Of a DNA stretch of 35,726 nucleotides, positions 1 through 9,327 are shown piece after piece; position 1 is the stretch's first letter; each line of letters begins with the position of its first letter. The position numbers and the translations under genes were made by a program. The DNA comes from Peptostreptococcus sp. Lineage in GTDB: Bacteria; Bacillota; Clostridia; Peptostreptococcales; Peptostreptococcaceae. The notes below the pieces were generated by a model. That model saw only the letters and a list, made by a program, of their open reading frames with translations, searched no databases and was not told the DNA's origin. Location: contig JBDHVM010000001.1 of the NCBI GenBank assembly GCA_039809725.1, forward strand, positions 1-35,726, written 5' to 3'.

Positions 1-33
1 TATGGCAAACAAACCATTAAAAAAATTCAGGAG

Positions 34-1161
34 ATGTTTATGAACAAAAAAACTACAGAAAAGATTGAAGAAGAAGTTGCATTTTCAGAAGAGAACTCTG
101 ATATTTTAGACGCAAAATACGAAATTACAGAAGATAATGCAAAAGATCCAGAGCGCAAAAAAGATGCTTTAGATGATAATGCAGGCGATTTAGAAGAATT
201 AAAAAAAACTACTAAAAAAAATATTACAAAAAAGGAGAATGATAAAATGGACACACAGATTATAGGACTTGATATAGGTAGAGGCTATGTTAAAGGCTAC
301 TCTTTATACAACGAAAAAGAGTATTCTTGCCTATTTAAGAGCGTTTACGGGGACGGCAGAAACATTTCTTTAGAAGATTATAAAGAAAATCCAATATATA
401 TAGAAATAGACGGAAGCGAGTATTTTATCGGGGAACTTTCAGAAAAAGAAAGTATGAAATGTATCAGAAACGCTGGAGATAGCAAGGTTTCACCAGTAGC
501 AAAGATACTTATCACCGCAGCAATAAACGAAATGGCAGTTTCAGACAATGTAACCCTTATGCTAGGCGTTCCGTATAAAATCTTTAAGAAAAGCACTTTA
601 AAAGAGGTTCAAAAGGAGTATAGAGACAGCACAATTGTAGTAAAAAACAAGATAAACAACAGTGTTAAAACAGTAAAAATAGAGGACGTAAACATTTTTA
701 GAGAGGCAGATGCTGCCCTTATATATGCTTTAGGAAACAGGGTAAACGAAGATAAGCCTGTAGGCATGGTAAATGTAGGATTTAGAACGACAGAGCTAAG
801 TTATTTTGATAAAGGATTTAAGTTCAACGACAAGTTAAGCACTACCATAGAATCTGGCAATCAAAACGCACTTAAAATTGTTCAAAAAAAATTGGTGGAT
901 ATTGGCATTACTAAGAGTTTACCAGAAATAGATTCATCCGATGACTATCCAGAGTTAAAGGACCTGGCATACAGATTGACATCTAATGATACAAACGAAA
1001 TAATTGAAGAAACATGGAATAACCTAGACGAAATGGACATCTATGTTTCAGGGGGAACGGCAATGAAACTTGCCTTAAACGATAAGTATACTATGGTCAA
1101 AGATAGCCAGATGGCTACTGCAAAAGGACTATATGAGGTTGGTGTGAAGCTTGAAAAATAA
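34..1161 (+). CDS. ParM/StbA-family actin-like ATPase (possible alternative start at 247)
   Basis: Actin-fold motifs in order: phosphate-1 IGLDIGRGYVKG, connect-1 READAA, phosphate-2 VNVGFRTTE, adenosine YVSGGTA, connect-2 SQMATAKGL. RBS GGAG before ATG 34/40; a second AAGGAG before ATG 247. Confidence 0.85.
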   Translation: MFMNKKTTEKIEEEVAFSEENSDILDAKYEITEDNAKDPERKKDALDDNAGDLEELKKTTKKNITKKENDKMDTQIIGLDIGRGYVKGYSLYNEKEYSCLFKSVYGDGRNISLEDYKENPIYIEIDGSEYFIGELSEKESMKCIRNAGDSKVSPVAKILITAAINEMAVSDNVTLMLGVPYKIFKKSTLKEVQKEYRDSTIVVKNKINNSVKTVKIEDVNIFREADAALIYALGNRVNEDKPVGMVNVGFRTTELSYFDKGFKFNDKLSTTIESGNQNALKIVQKKLVDIGITKSLPEIDSSDDYPELKDLAYRLTSNDTNEIIEETWNNLDEMDIYVSGGTAMKLALNDKYTMVKDSQMATAKGLYEVGVKLEK

Positions 1162-1447
1162 TAGAATCAGATTGACTTCATATATTAGTCCAGATTTGGA
1201 TGAGTTAATACAGTCGTATATGGATGAAAATAACATTTCTACAAAAAGTCAGGCACTAGAAAGAATGTTAATCGAATTTAAGTATATGAAAAACGAGATA
1301 ACATTTTTAAGAAGCATAATAAGTAATAGTGGTGTGCAACAATTTTCATCGCCATATACGCCGTTAAATGCCACTATAACGCCACCAAATCAAAAAGATA
1401 AGGTAAAGGATAGTATAGTCGATATTTTTTCAAATATGCCAGATTAA
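1151..1447 (+). CDS. Small ParR-like DNA-binding/adaptor protein
   Basis: 98 aa, TTG start overlapping the ParM-like stop. N-terminus RIRLTSYISPDLDELIQSY...TKSQALERML fits a ribbon-helix-helix pattern, then a short coiled coil, a Pro-rich linker and a C-terminal amphipathic tail. Position matches parR in parMR operons. Confidence 0.6.
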   Translation: MKNNRIRLTSYISPDLDELIQSYMDENNISTKSQALERMLIEFKYMKNEITFLRSIISNSGVQQFSSPYTPLNATITPPNQKDKVKDSIVDIFSNMPD

Positions 1448-1472
1448 AAAAATAAAAAAGAGGGAACAATAA

Positions 1473-1508
1473 AAAAGATGGGAGAAAATGAAATTTCACC
1501 CATCTTTT
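1473..1508. terminator. Bidirectional intrinsic terminator between convergent genes
   Basis: Inverted repeat aaaagatggg...cccatctttt with A/T tails, between the stops at 1447 and 1541. Confidence 0.7.
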
Positions 1509-1540
1509 ATTATATATATACTTAATAATATATACAAATT

Positions 1541-3463
1541 CTATTCATTTATATTAAGTATTGAAGAATCTGAGTTGAATGTATTTATATTCCCAAGAAT
1601 TAATACATCTGTTACAGTGTTATTGTTTAAAACATCTTTTAAACTTCCTGTAAAATATCTCAAGTCTATCACATTGATTTCAGAAAAGTTATTAGTTAAA
1701 AATGGCAACATCGAATTTGCATACGAATCTTTTATTATCAACAGCTTTCTTTCTGTATCAATATTTGTTCTAATTTTAATCTGCGTATGGTTTCCTCCAG
1801 TAAATACCTCATATGGATCCCTACCTTCCAGTTTAGACACATCATAAAGGCTAGGAACCTTTTTCTTAGTATCGTAGTATTTTGTAACAACAGGGAAATT
1901 ACCTTGTTGTATATACAAAAACAGATTGTCAGGTCGACCTATCTGGGCACCATTTTTATAGTAAAGACTTCCGTAAAAGCTATCACTTGCCAAGGAAACA
2001 GTAAACGCATTTTTGCTGGCAGGTTCAAGATTCATAGACTTACAATACTCGTTATATGCTACAAAAGCACCATCAACCGTCCAGTGATGATCCGTTTTGA
2101 AATACAATTGTTCATTGTTTTTTACACGATTAAACGAATCGAACAAGCTCACATACTTAATATTTTTATTCAGCATAGACTTAAATTCATCCGAATATTT
2201 AACCTGCGAATCTACAGGTGCATTTTTTGGCAAAAGATTTCTATATATCTCTGCCTTATTAGGTGCGAGCATAACAGATACTTTTATCTTAGGATTGGCA
2301 GCCGCAAACGCATTAATCGCATCTGCCTTCGCTTTCGTATTCGTAGGATTGGCAGCCTTAAAACCTTCCATTAGATAACCTTGATCTCCAATATATACAC
2401 CATTTATCTCATTCTTTCCTATAAACCTATCAAAGTTAGCCTTTGTTTTTATAAAACCAGATCTATTAGGAAATTGATCTGAAAGATATTTTGATTGATC
2501 ACTTGCATACTTTCCATCCAAATAACTAGCTATAGAAAATGCTGGTTTTTGTTCTAGCGGCCTGTTCTCTGCAAGCGATACTTTCTTATCTGGATTTAAG
2601 GTAATGACAATCATCATGCAAACAAGTATTCCTACAAACAATACCGAAATATTCCTAAAAAACCTAAAATCAAGTTGACTCCTTCTTTCTTGAGTGATAT
2701 ATCTACTCTTATCTCCACCCCTAAGAATAAATCCAAAAAACACTTGTAATCCATGGGCTATCATTTGGAAGAATCTAGCTAATTTACCTTCTTTTCTCGA
2801 AGACTTTCTAGGTTGGGCATCATACTTCTGGCGTGATTTTTTTGCTGACGATCTTGAATCAAAGCCTGAAACTTTTTCTCTACGTTTGACCTCTGCACCA
2901 GTTCGCCTAACATCAGAACTACGAGTATTTTCTCTTTTTTGTTCTCCACTAAACTTTCTAGGATCTCTGTTTTGAGAGTACGCCCTTCTTTGCTCTTCTC
3001 TCGACTTTATGGCGTCTCTACTTTGACCCTCCCTCACCCTTCTATACTCTCTATTTTCTTCATCTCTAATTTTTCTAGGATTTCTGTTTTGTTCTTCTCT
3101 AACTTTTCTAGAATTTCTATTTTGTTCTTCTCTCAGCTTTCTAGGATCCCTCTTTTGAGTGTGGCTCCTATTAAAATCAGCTTTTTGTTTTCTAGATGCG
3201 TCACTCCTAAGGCTTTGACCTCTGGCCCCTTCAATTTCTTTATGTTCTTTGCGTTGAGGTTTTTGGGATGTTCTATAATTATTTTTTTCAGTAGTTCTAT
3301 AATTACCCACCTTTTTTGTTTTATTCTTTTGAGAATAACCATCTTTTTGAGTAGAAGATCTTTTTGATCTTTGTCTTCTATCCACCTCATCTATTTCCAT
3401 GTCCATTAGTCTTCTCAAACTTTCAGGCATCTCCGGTTCTTCATATCTAGTTTTTTTAATCAT
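1541..3463 (-). CDS. DHHW-family (AlgJ/AlgX-like) O-acyltransferase component with long Arg/Lys-rich N-terminal extension
   Basis: YFKTDHHWT motif, ENRPL...P segment after a TM anchor, C-terminal IKDSYAN...IDLRY; follows an MBOAT gene. Confidence 0.85.
   Translation of the reverse strand: MIKKTRYEEPEMPESLRRLMDMEIDEVDRRQRSKRSSTQKDGYSQKNKTKKVGNYRTTEKNNYRTSQKPQRKEHKEIEGARGQSLRSDASRKQKADFNRSHTQKRDPRKLREEQNRNSRKVREEQNRNPRKIRDEENREYRRVREGQSRDAIKSREEQRRAYSQNRDPRKFSGEQKRENTRSSDVRRTGAEVKRREKVSGFDSRSSAKKSRQKYDAQPRKSSRKEGKLARFFQMIAHGLQVFFGFILRGGDKSRYITQERRSQLDFRFFRNISVLFVGILVCMMIVITLNPDKKVSLAENRPLEQKPAFSIASYLDGKYASDQSKYLSDQFPNRSGFIKTKANFDRFIGKNEINGVYIGDQGYLMEGFKAANPTNTKAKADAINAFAAANPKIKVSVMLAPNKAEIYRNLLPKNAPVDSQVKYSDEFKSMLNKNIKYVSLFDSFNRVKNNEQLYFKTDHHWTVDGAFVAYNEYCKSMNLEPASKNAFTVSLASDSFYGSLYYKNGAQIGRPDNLFLYIQQGNFPVVTKYYDTKKKVPSLYDVSKLEGRDPYEVFTGGNHTQIKIRTNIDTERKLLIIKDSYANSMLPFLTNNFSEINVIDLRYFTGSLKDVLNNNTVTDVLILGNINTFNSDSSILNINE
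2936..3151 (-). repeat. Degenerate 33-nt (11-aa) coding tandem repeat, about 6 units
   Basis: RDPRKLREEQN / RNSRKVREEQN / RNPRKIRDEEN / REYRRVREGQS / RDAIKSREEQR / (RAYSQN) / RDPRKFSGEQK. Confidence 0.8.
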
Positions 3464-3479
3464 CTAAACACACCTCCAC

Positions 3480-4895
3480 CTAAAATTTGAAATACAGGAA
3501 TGGACTGTAGCTTTCGCCAACCAAAGAGGAAACAGACAGCAGAAATACCACTAAGTAAAATATAGAAATTGCTATGTATCCTCTTCTTCCAAACCTAGTT
3601 TTGACTTTATCTATGACACCCAATGCAAAAGGTGTCGCTCCAATTATCGCAGGTAGCATTAGTCTCCAAGAAGTTCTAATCATATACAGTGCTGTTGAAT
3701 CAACAACCCCTGTCGATCCAAAAACTAACATATTGCTATAGAACTTAAATATTTGCGATACGCCTTGCAAATCAAACATTACCCATCCTACGACAACAAT
3801 CATCAAACAATACAGAGTTTGTATTTTATTGTTTAATTTTTCTAACGATTTACCTAAACTTATTTTTTCTAGATAAATTATTATACCAAAGTAAAGACCC
3901 CAAATCACGAAGTTCCATCTAGCGCCATGCCATAACCCAGTGACCATCCATACGATAAAAATATTTCTAAAATTCTGTACTCGTGTACCCCTACTTCCAC
4001 CTAAAGGGAAATAAATATATTTTTTAAACCAATTACCCAGTGAAATATGCCATCTTCTCCAAAATTCAGTTGCACTCTTAGAAATATATGGGTAGTTAAA
4101 GTTTTCTGCCCACTTAAATCCAAGCATATACCCTATACCAATTGCCATATCAGAATATCCACTAAAATCAAAATATATTTGTAAAGTAAATGCTATAATT
4201 CCAATCCACGCAGTCATAGTTGACATCTCAAGTCCTGGCATACCCTTAACTTGAGCCCAAATAAGCGCTAAATTATTCGCTATCAAGACCTTTTTACCTA
4301 GACCTAATATAAATTTTTCAACACCTTTTCCAAACTTTTCAGGTGTCGACTTTCTAAATAATAATTCCCTTTCCATTTCATTGTACTGAACAATTGGACC
4401 AGCACCAATTTGAGGAAATATACTAATATATGTAGCAAAGTCCATCAAGCTTTTTTGTGGCTTTGTTCTTCCAGTGTATACATCCATCATATAAGAAATT
4501 AGTTTGAATGTGTAAAAAGATATTCCAAAAGGAAGTGGTAAGTCGATAATTTTTAAGTTCATTCTTGTTACTAAATTAAAATTGTCGATTAAAAAACCAT
4601 AATATTTGAAAAATGCCAGAATGGAAACATTAATTACTACAAGGCAGACTAAATAAAATCTTGCCTCTTCTCTTTTTTTACTCCTACTAACTATAAACCT
4701 CATACCAAACCATGTTATGACGATAGAAATAATCATCAATAACAGATACACAGGCTCTCCCCAGCTGTAAAATCCCAAACTCAAGAACAGTAGTACCTTA
4801 TTTTTGAATTTTTTCGGAGTCAAAGAATAAATAATTATTGAAATTGGGAAGAAAAAGAATAAAAATGATAAACTTGTAAAACTCAATACCCTCAC
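3480..4895 (-). CDS. MBOAT-family O-acyltransferase (AlgI/PatA/DltB-like)
   Basis: LPFGISFYTF, FPQIGAGPI, QIYFDFSGYSDMAIG, FWRRWHISL, GLWHGA (catalytic His); many TM segments; GTG start. Confidence 0.93.
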   Translation of the reverse strand: MRVLSFTSLSFLFFFFPISIIIYSLTPKKFKNKVLLFLSLGFYSWGEPVYLLLMIISIVITWFGMRFIVSRSKKREEARFYLVCLVVINVSILAFFKYYGFLIDNFNLVTRMNLKIIDLPLPFGISFYTFKLISYMMDVYTGRTKPQKSLMDFATYISIFPQIGAGPIVQYNEMERELLFRKSTPEKFGKGVEKFILGLGKKVLIANNLALIWAQVKGMPGLEMSTMTAWIGIIAFTLQIYFDFSGYSDMAIGIGYMLGFKWAENFNYPYISKSATEFWRRWHISLGNWFKKYIYFPLGGSRGTRVQNFRNIFIVWMVTGLWHGARWNFVIWGLYFGIIIYLEKISLGKSLEKLNNKIQTLYCLMIVVVGWVMFDLQGVSQIFKFYSNMLVFGSTGVVDSTALYMIRTSWRLMLPAIIGATPFALGVIDKVKTRFGRRGYIAISIFYLVVFLLSVSSLVGESYSPFLYFKF

Positions 4896-4901
4896 CTTCC
4901 C

Positions 4902-5582
4902 TTATTTATAAGATTTTTTGATACTATCATTTATAGATTTAACATTTGGTGACGAAACAAAGTATATGTAGTCACCTTTTTTGTACAATTCACTGCCACT
5001 GATTATCTTATACTGATCTGGTGCATAATTTTTAAAACTGTTAGATTGTGCACTCACTCTTGCTTGTATTCTTTTCATAACCGAATCAGTAAACTCTGGT
5101 TTAACCTTTGCTATAAATATTTCATTTGCCAACATATTACTTTTTGGTGCGAAAGAAACATAAGAATCTACTTCATTCTTATTTATACTATACAGTTTTC
5201 TAATAGTCAGGTCATTTCCTTTTTCGTAGTCCTTGATATTTACATTTTTTTCTACTTCTGTCGCAAGTTTTGAAAAATCAATATCTTTTACTTTAACAAA
5301 CTGATACAACAAAATAAATATCAATACAACTACAGCCGACAAAATCATATACCTTTTTTTATATTCGGAACTCATCCTCATTCGCTTAATTCTATTTTTT
5401 TTCTTTGGAGCATTTTTCTTTCCAAAAAACTCAATATCTTCGCTTTTTATGGTCCTTAGTCTAGCTGTTTGTTCGATATTTTGATTTTGTACTACAAAGC
5501 TTTGAGTATTATCTAAGCTCTTTTTATCAATCTGATCATTATTATCAATTTTTGGGGGAACTTTTTTATTTTCATTATCCAT
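4902..5582 (-). CDS. DUF4358-like membrane-anchored protein
   Basis: One TM (MILSAVVVLIFILLYQFV), then ANEIFIAKVK...RVSAQSNSFKNYAPDQY...KGDYIYFV, typical of proteins found beside MBOAT/DHHW genes in Clostridia. Confidence 0.65.
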   Translation of the reverse strand: MDNENKKVPPKIDNNDQIDKKSLDNTQSFVVQNQNIEQTARLRTIKSEDIEFFGKKNAPKKKNRIKRMRMSSEYKKRYMILSAVVVLIFILLYQFVKVKDIDFSKLATEVEKNVNIKDYEKGNDLTIRKLYSINKNEVDSYVSFAPKSNMLANEIFIAKVKPEFTDSVMKRIQARVSAQSNSFKNYAPDQYKIISGSELYKKGDYIYFVSSPNVKSINDSIKKSYK

Positions 5583-5595
5583 AATACATACCCCC

Positions 5596-6342
5596 TTAAA
5601 TATTTTCGCTCAAGAAATACAACCAGTTTTTATAAAAGTTATATTTTAAATGTATTCCATCTCCTTCGTATAACGAACGAGATGTTATCAACCCATCAGA
5701 TGACAAAAACCTTGCTCCTGTAACACTAGCTGCCTGTTTTAATTTATTTGTAAGCAACTTAATATTCTCATTATTAAACCTTGTATCTTTTTTAGTCGTG
5801 ATATTTTCATTTACAGGAAGTGGAGCTTGAACATATACCTTGACTTTAGGGTCTATCTTTTTAATCGCATTAATCAATTTTATGTATTCTTCCTTAAACT
5901 TATCTGGTGAATACGCATTTATATCATTTGCACCATATAAAATAACAACTATTTTAGGCTTTAAGTCCCTAATTTCAGACATATGCTTAATAGCTTGGCT
6001 GACGTGTTCCCCTTTTTGTGCCAATACACTTGCAGAGTCTAAAATATTTGCTTGTCTTAAATACTCAGTAATAGAGTCACCCAAAAAAACTACATCCTCA
6101 AACCTAGTCTTTGCCTTCTTCATATCAAACTTTGTGATTGAAGTGTCCTTATTCACTTTGTTAATTTCTTCCTCTACATCATTTAAACTTTGTGACTCCT
6201 GCTTCTTCAAAAAGTTAATTGTCCAAAGAATACTCTCTTTCTCAGTTTTAGAGGTATCAGCAGCCATTGAACCAGAATTTAAAAGCAAAAGTGCACCACA
6301 CATCAAAGTTGATGCTACAGCAACATATTTCTTTTTTTTCAT
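5596..6342 (-). CDS. Secreted SGNH/GDSL-family esterase or acyltransferase
   Basis: Signal peptide; block I FLGDSIT, block III LYGAND, block V GDGIHL. Confidence 0.88.
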   Translation of the reverse strand: MKKKKYVAVASTLMCGALLLLNSGSMAADTSKTEKESILWTINFLKKQESQSLNDVEEEINKVNKDTSITKFDMKKAKTRFEDVVFLGDSITEYLRQANILDSASVLAQKGEHVSQAIKHMSEIRDLKPKIVVILYGANDINAYSPDKFKEEYIKLINAIKKIDPKVKVYVQAPLPVNENITTKKDTRFNNENIKLLTNKLKQAASVTGARFLSSDGLITSRSLYEGDGIHLKYNFYKNWLYFLSENI

Positions 6343-6772
6343 ATGCTTTTCCTACCTTCAATATATTTAATGCCTATTTAATGAATACAATTTATGACCC
6401 TCTTTTATGCGCAAAATACCCAGATTGCACTATAAAATAGAGCAAATTCACTCAATTAAATATAAAAATCACATTTTATATTTATTATAGCATAAACACA
6501 TTGATAAATCTTGCTTTTTCTGAAAAAACATACATTATAATAAGACAAAGTACATGATTTTTTTGCTTTTTCTAAAAATCCACAAAAATTCTTTACAGAA
6601 TCGAAACACCTTTTCCTAGTATCTGTCAATAATGTCATATTATATACTCATAATGCATAATAAAGTATAAAAAGCACCTTAATTACCATAATTCCTGATA
6701 AAGTATAAAATGCCACTTGAGTATCCAAACTTATACATTTACCAAAACAACATTTTCAGTACTTTTTGAAAT

Positions 6773-6812
6773 AAAAAAGGAGTCGCCCGACCCAAATGAT
6801 ACAGACAACCCC
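6773..6812 (-). terminator. Intrinsic terminator after rplL
   Basis: Minus strand ggggttgtctg...cgggcgactcc forms an 11-bp stem with G-U pairs, followed by tttttt. Confidence 0.75.
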
Positions 6813-6834
6813 ATTTATAACATATTAAATTTAA

Positions 6835-7203
6835 TTATTTAACTTCTACTGATGCTCCAGCAGCTTCTAATTTTTCTTTAATCTGTTCAGCTTCTTCTTT
6901 AGATACGCCTTCCTTAACTGTCTTAGGAGCGTTATCAACTACTTCCTTAGCTTCCTTAAGTCCTAGACCAGTGATAGCTCTAACTTCCTTGATAACTCCA
7001 ACCTTTGAAGAACCAGCTCCTGTTAATACAACATCGAACTCAGTCTTTTCTTCAGCAGCAGCTCCACCACCAGCAGCAGCTCCACCTACCATAACAGGGG
7101 CAGCAGCTGATACTCCGAATTTTTCTTCAGCAGCCTTAACTAATTCATTTAATTCTAAAACTTTCATATTTTCTATAGCTTCTAATATCTGTTCTATTGT
7201 CAT
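6835..7203 (-). CDS. rplL: 50S ribosomal protein L7/L12
   Basis: [32 protein letters not shown] signatures. Confidence 0.99.
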   Translation of the reverse strand: MTIEQILEAIENMKVLELNELVKAAEEKFGVSAAAPVMVGGAAAGGGAAAEEKTEFDVVLTGAGSSKVGVIKEVRAITGLGLKEAKEVVDNAPKTVKEGVSKEEAEQIKEKLEAAGASVEVK

Positions 7204-7291
7204 TTTATTGCACCTCCGTAAATTATTTTATGCATTTAACATACTTCCGATATGATTATATCGTTTTTTCTTATTTTTTCAATTTTTTTGA

Positions 7292-7819
7292 TTAAGCTTC
7301 TGTAGCTTCTGTGTTCTCTTCTTGCTTCTTTGCAAGAGCATCCAACATGTAAACAAAGTTTGACATTGGAGCCTTTAAGCTGCCAAGAAGTTTTGCAATA
7401 AGAACTTCTCTTGATGGAATCTCTGCAAGTGAAACAATCTTTGCTTCATCGTAGTATTCACCTTCAACAACACCCATTTTAAGCGTTATCTTATTAGGGT
7501 TCTTATCCATAAATCCTTTAAGGATTCTTGCTGGAGCAACTGGATCATCATATCCAAATGCTATAGCGTTTGGTCCTACTAACAATTCATCGTTAAAGTT
7601 TTTGTAAGCATCACCTTCAACATCATTAGCGGCTCTTCTCACAAGTGTGTTCTTATATACTTTGTAATCTACACCTGCTTCTCTCATCTGACTTCTCAAA
7701 TCAGTAACCTGCTCAACTGTCAATCCCTTGTAATCTACAACGATAACAGAAGAAGCTTTTTCCAATTTTTCTACTATTTCTGAAACCACTGCTGATTTCA
7801 TTTCGATAGCATTACTCAT
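7292..7819 (-). CDS. rplJ: 50S ribosomal protein L10
   Basis: VDYKGLTV, KVYKNTL, PSREVLIAKLLG; directly upstream of rplL. Confidence 0.98.
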   Translation of the reverse strand: MSNAIEMKSAVVSEIVEKLEKASSVIVVDYKGLTVEQVTDLRSQMREAGVDYKVYKNTLVRRAANDVEGDAYKNFNDELLVGPNAIAFGYDDPVAPARILKGFMDKNPNKITLKMGVVEGEYYDEAKIVSLAEIPSREVLIAKLLGSLKAPMSNFVYMLDALAKKQEENTEATEA

Positions 7820-7865
7820 TATTTAGTGCACCTCCTTCACAAAAATAAAGTTTAGCACTTACCGT

Positions 7866-7970
7866 AAAAAATAAAAACCCTTGTCATCATATAGACAACA
7901 AGGGTGCAAGTATCACGTATATCGCAACCTCGGTGGGAAATTAAGCATGTGCACCCACTGTCTACGGCAA
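7866..7970 (-). ncRNA. L10 leader (autoregulatory attenuator)
   Basis: Minus strand ccgTAGACAGtggg...TTAA...cccacCGAGG matches the L10 leader pattern, followed by terminator cccttgttgtc...gacaaggg-ttttt upstream of rplJ. Confidence 0.88.
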
Positions 7971-7994
7971 ATCTATTCTTTTTCAACATTGACA

Positions 7995-8023
7995 ATAATA
8001 TCATATTTGTCAACCTGTGTCAA
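7995..8023 (-). promoter_or_regulatory. SigA-type promoter for rplJL
   Basis: TTGACA-17 nt-TG-a-TATTAT just upstream of the L10 leader. Confidence 0.75.
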
Positions 8024-8098
8024 CAGTTTTATAAAATAAAGACCTAAAAATCTTTATTATATAACTATCTACATTATAGAGGTTGCCCTCTATACTTA

Positions 8099-8797
8099 TT
8101 ATTCAGTTACTCTTACAGGGTTTACTCTTACTCCAGGCCCCATTGAAGACGCTACAGTAACACTCTTAAGGTACTGACCTTTTGCTGCTGATGGCTTAGC
8201 CTTGATAATTGCTTCCATAAGAACTTTAAAGTTATCAAATAACTTTTCTTGTCCAAATGACGCCTTACCAACAGGAACGTGAATAATATTAGTTTTATCT
8301 AATCTGTATTCAACCTTACCAGCCTTGATTTCATCTATAGCCTTTGCTACATCAAATGTAACAGTTCCAGACTTAGGGTTTGGCATCAATCCCTTAGGAC
8401 CTAACACTCTACCTAATCTACCAACTACACCCATCATATCAGGAGTAGCTACAACTATATCAAATTCAAACCAGTTTTCTCCCTGAATTTTCTGAACCAA
8501 ATCTTCAGCTCCAACAAAATCTGCCCCTGCAGCTTCTGCTTCTTTTGCTTTTTCACCTTTAGCAAAAACTAAAACTCTTTTAGTTTTTCCTGTACCATGT
8601 GGTAAAACAACAGCTCCTCTTACCTGCTGATCAGCATGTCTAGAGTCAACACCCAACTTAATGTGTGCTTCAACTGTTTCATCAAATTTTGCACTTGCAG
8701 TTTCTACTGCTAAACCTAATGCTTCTGAAGCATCATAATAAACTGTTCTGTCTACTTTTGAAAATGCTTCTGCATATCTCTTTCCTTTTCTTCCCAT
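8099..8797 (-). CDS. rplA: 50S ribosomal protein L1
   Basis: [30 protein letters not shown]. Confidence 0.99.
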   Translation of the reverse strand: MGRKGKRYAEAFSKVDRTVYYDASEALGLAVETASAKFDETVEAHIKLGVDSRHADQQVRGAVVLPHGTGKTKRVLVFAKGEKAKEAEAAGADFVGAEDLVQKIQGENWFEFDIVVATPDMMGVVGRLGRVLGPKGLMPNPKSGTVTFDVAKAIDEIKAGKVEYRLDKTNIIHVPVGKASFGQEKLFDNFKVLMEAIIKAKPSAAKGQYLKSVTVASSMGPGVRVNPVRVTE

Positions 8798-8810
8798 TTT
8801 AATTCCTCCT

Positions 8811-8843
8811 TGTGGTAAATACGGTATTTTAAAAACCTCCCAC
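8811..8843 (-). promoter_or_regulatory. L1-binding mRNA regulatory site upstream of rplA
   Basis: Minus strand GTGGGAGG...ACCAC next to the rplA RBS; this 23S rRNA mimic lies between rplK and rplA in many Firmicutes. Confidence 0.7.
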
Positions 8844-8887
8844 TATTTAAGAACAAAGTCTTAACTTAGCGATAAAATCAACTAAAA

Positions 8888-9313
8888 TTAGTCGATAACT
8901 TCAACACCCATACTTCTAGCTGTACCTGCGATCATTCTCATAGCAGATTCTACGCTAGCAGCATTTAAATCTTTCATCTTTAATTCGGCGATTTCTCTAA
9001 GCTGAGCCTGAGTAATCTTTCCAACTTTTTTCTTATTTGGTTCTCCTGAACCTGACTGTAGGTTTATAGCTTTCTTTATTAGAATAGCAGCTGGTGGAGT
9101 CTTAGTTATAAAACTGAATGATCTATCCTGATATACACTGATTACTACTGGTATTATCATTCCTGCTTGATCTGCTGTTTTAGCATTAAATTCCTTTGTG
9201 AACGCCATAATGTTGACACCGTGCTGTCCTAGTGCTGGACCAACTGGTGGAGCTGGAGTAGCCTTTCCTGCAGGTATCTGTAATTTAATTTGTCCAATAA
9301 TTTTCTTAGCCAT
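8888..9313 (-). CDS. rplK: 50S ribosomal protein L11
   Basis: [25 protein letters not shown]. Confidence 0.99.
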   Translation of the reverse strand: MAKKIIGQIKLQIPAGKATPAPPVGPALGQHGVNIMAFTKEFNAKTADQAGMIIPVVISVYQDRSFSFITKTPPAAILIKKAINLQSGSGEPNKKKVGKITQAQLREIAELKMKDLNAASVESAMRMIAGTARSMGVEVID

Positions 9314-9327
9314 GTTATTGCACCTCC

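Noticed and set aside
1151-1447. Antitoxin of a toxin-antitoxin pair
   Set aside because: The partner is an actin-like ATPase, not a toxin; the layout matches parMR.
1488-3390. Overlapping or antisense ORFs (1488-1847, 1787-2374, 2097-2378, 2694-2975, 2939-3367, 3133-3390), and similar ones across the window
   Set aside because: Shadow frames of well-supported genes, with no recognisable motifs.
6456-6638. 60-aa intergenic ORF
   Set aside because: No convincing RBS or motif; lies in an AT-rich probable promoter region.
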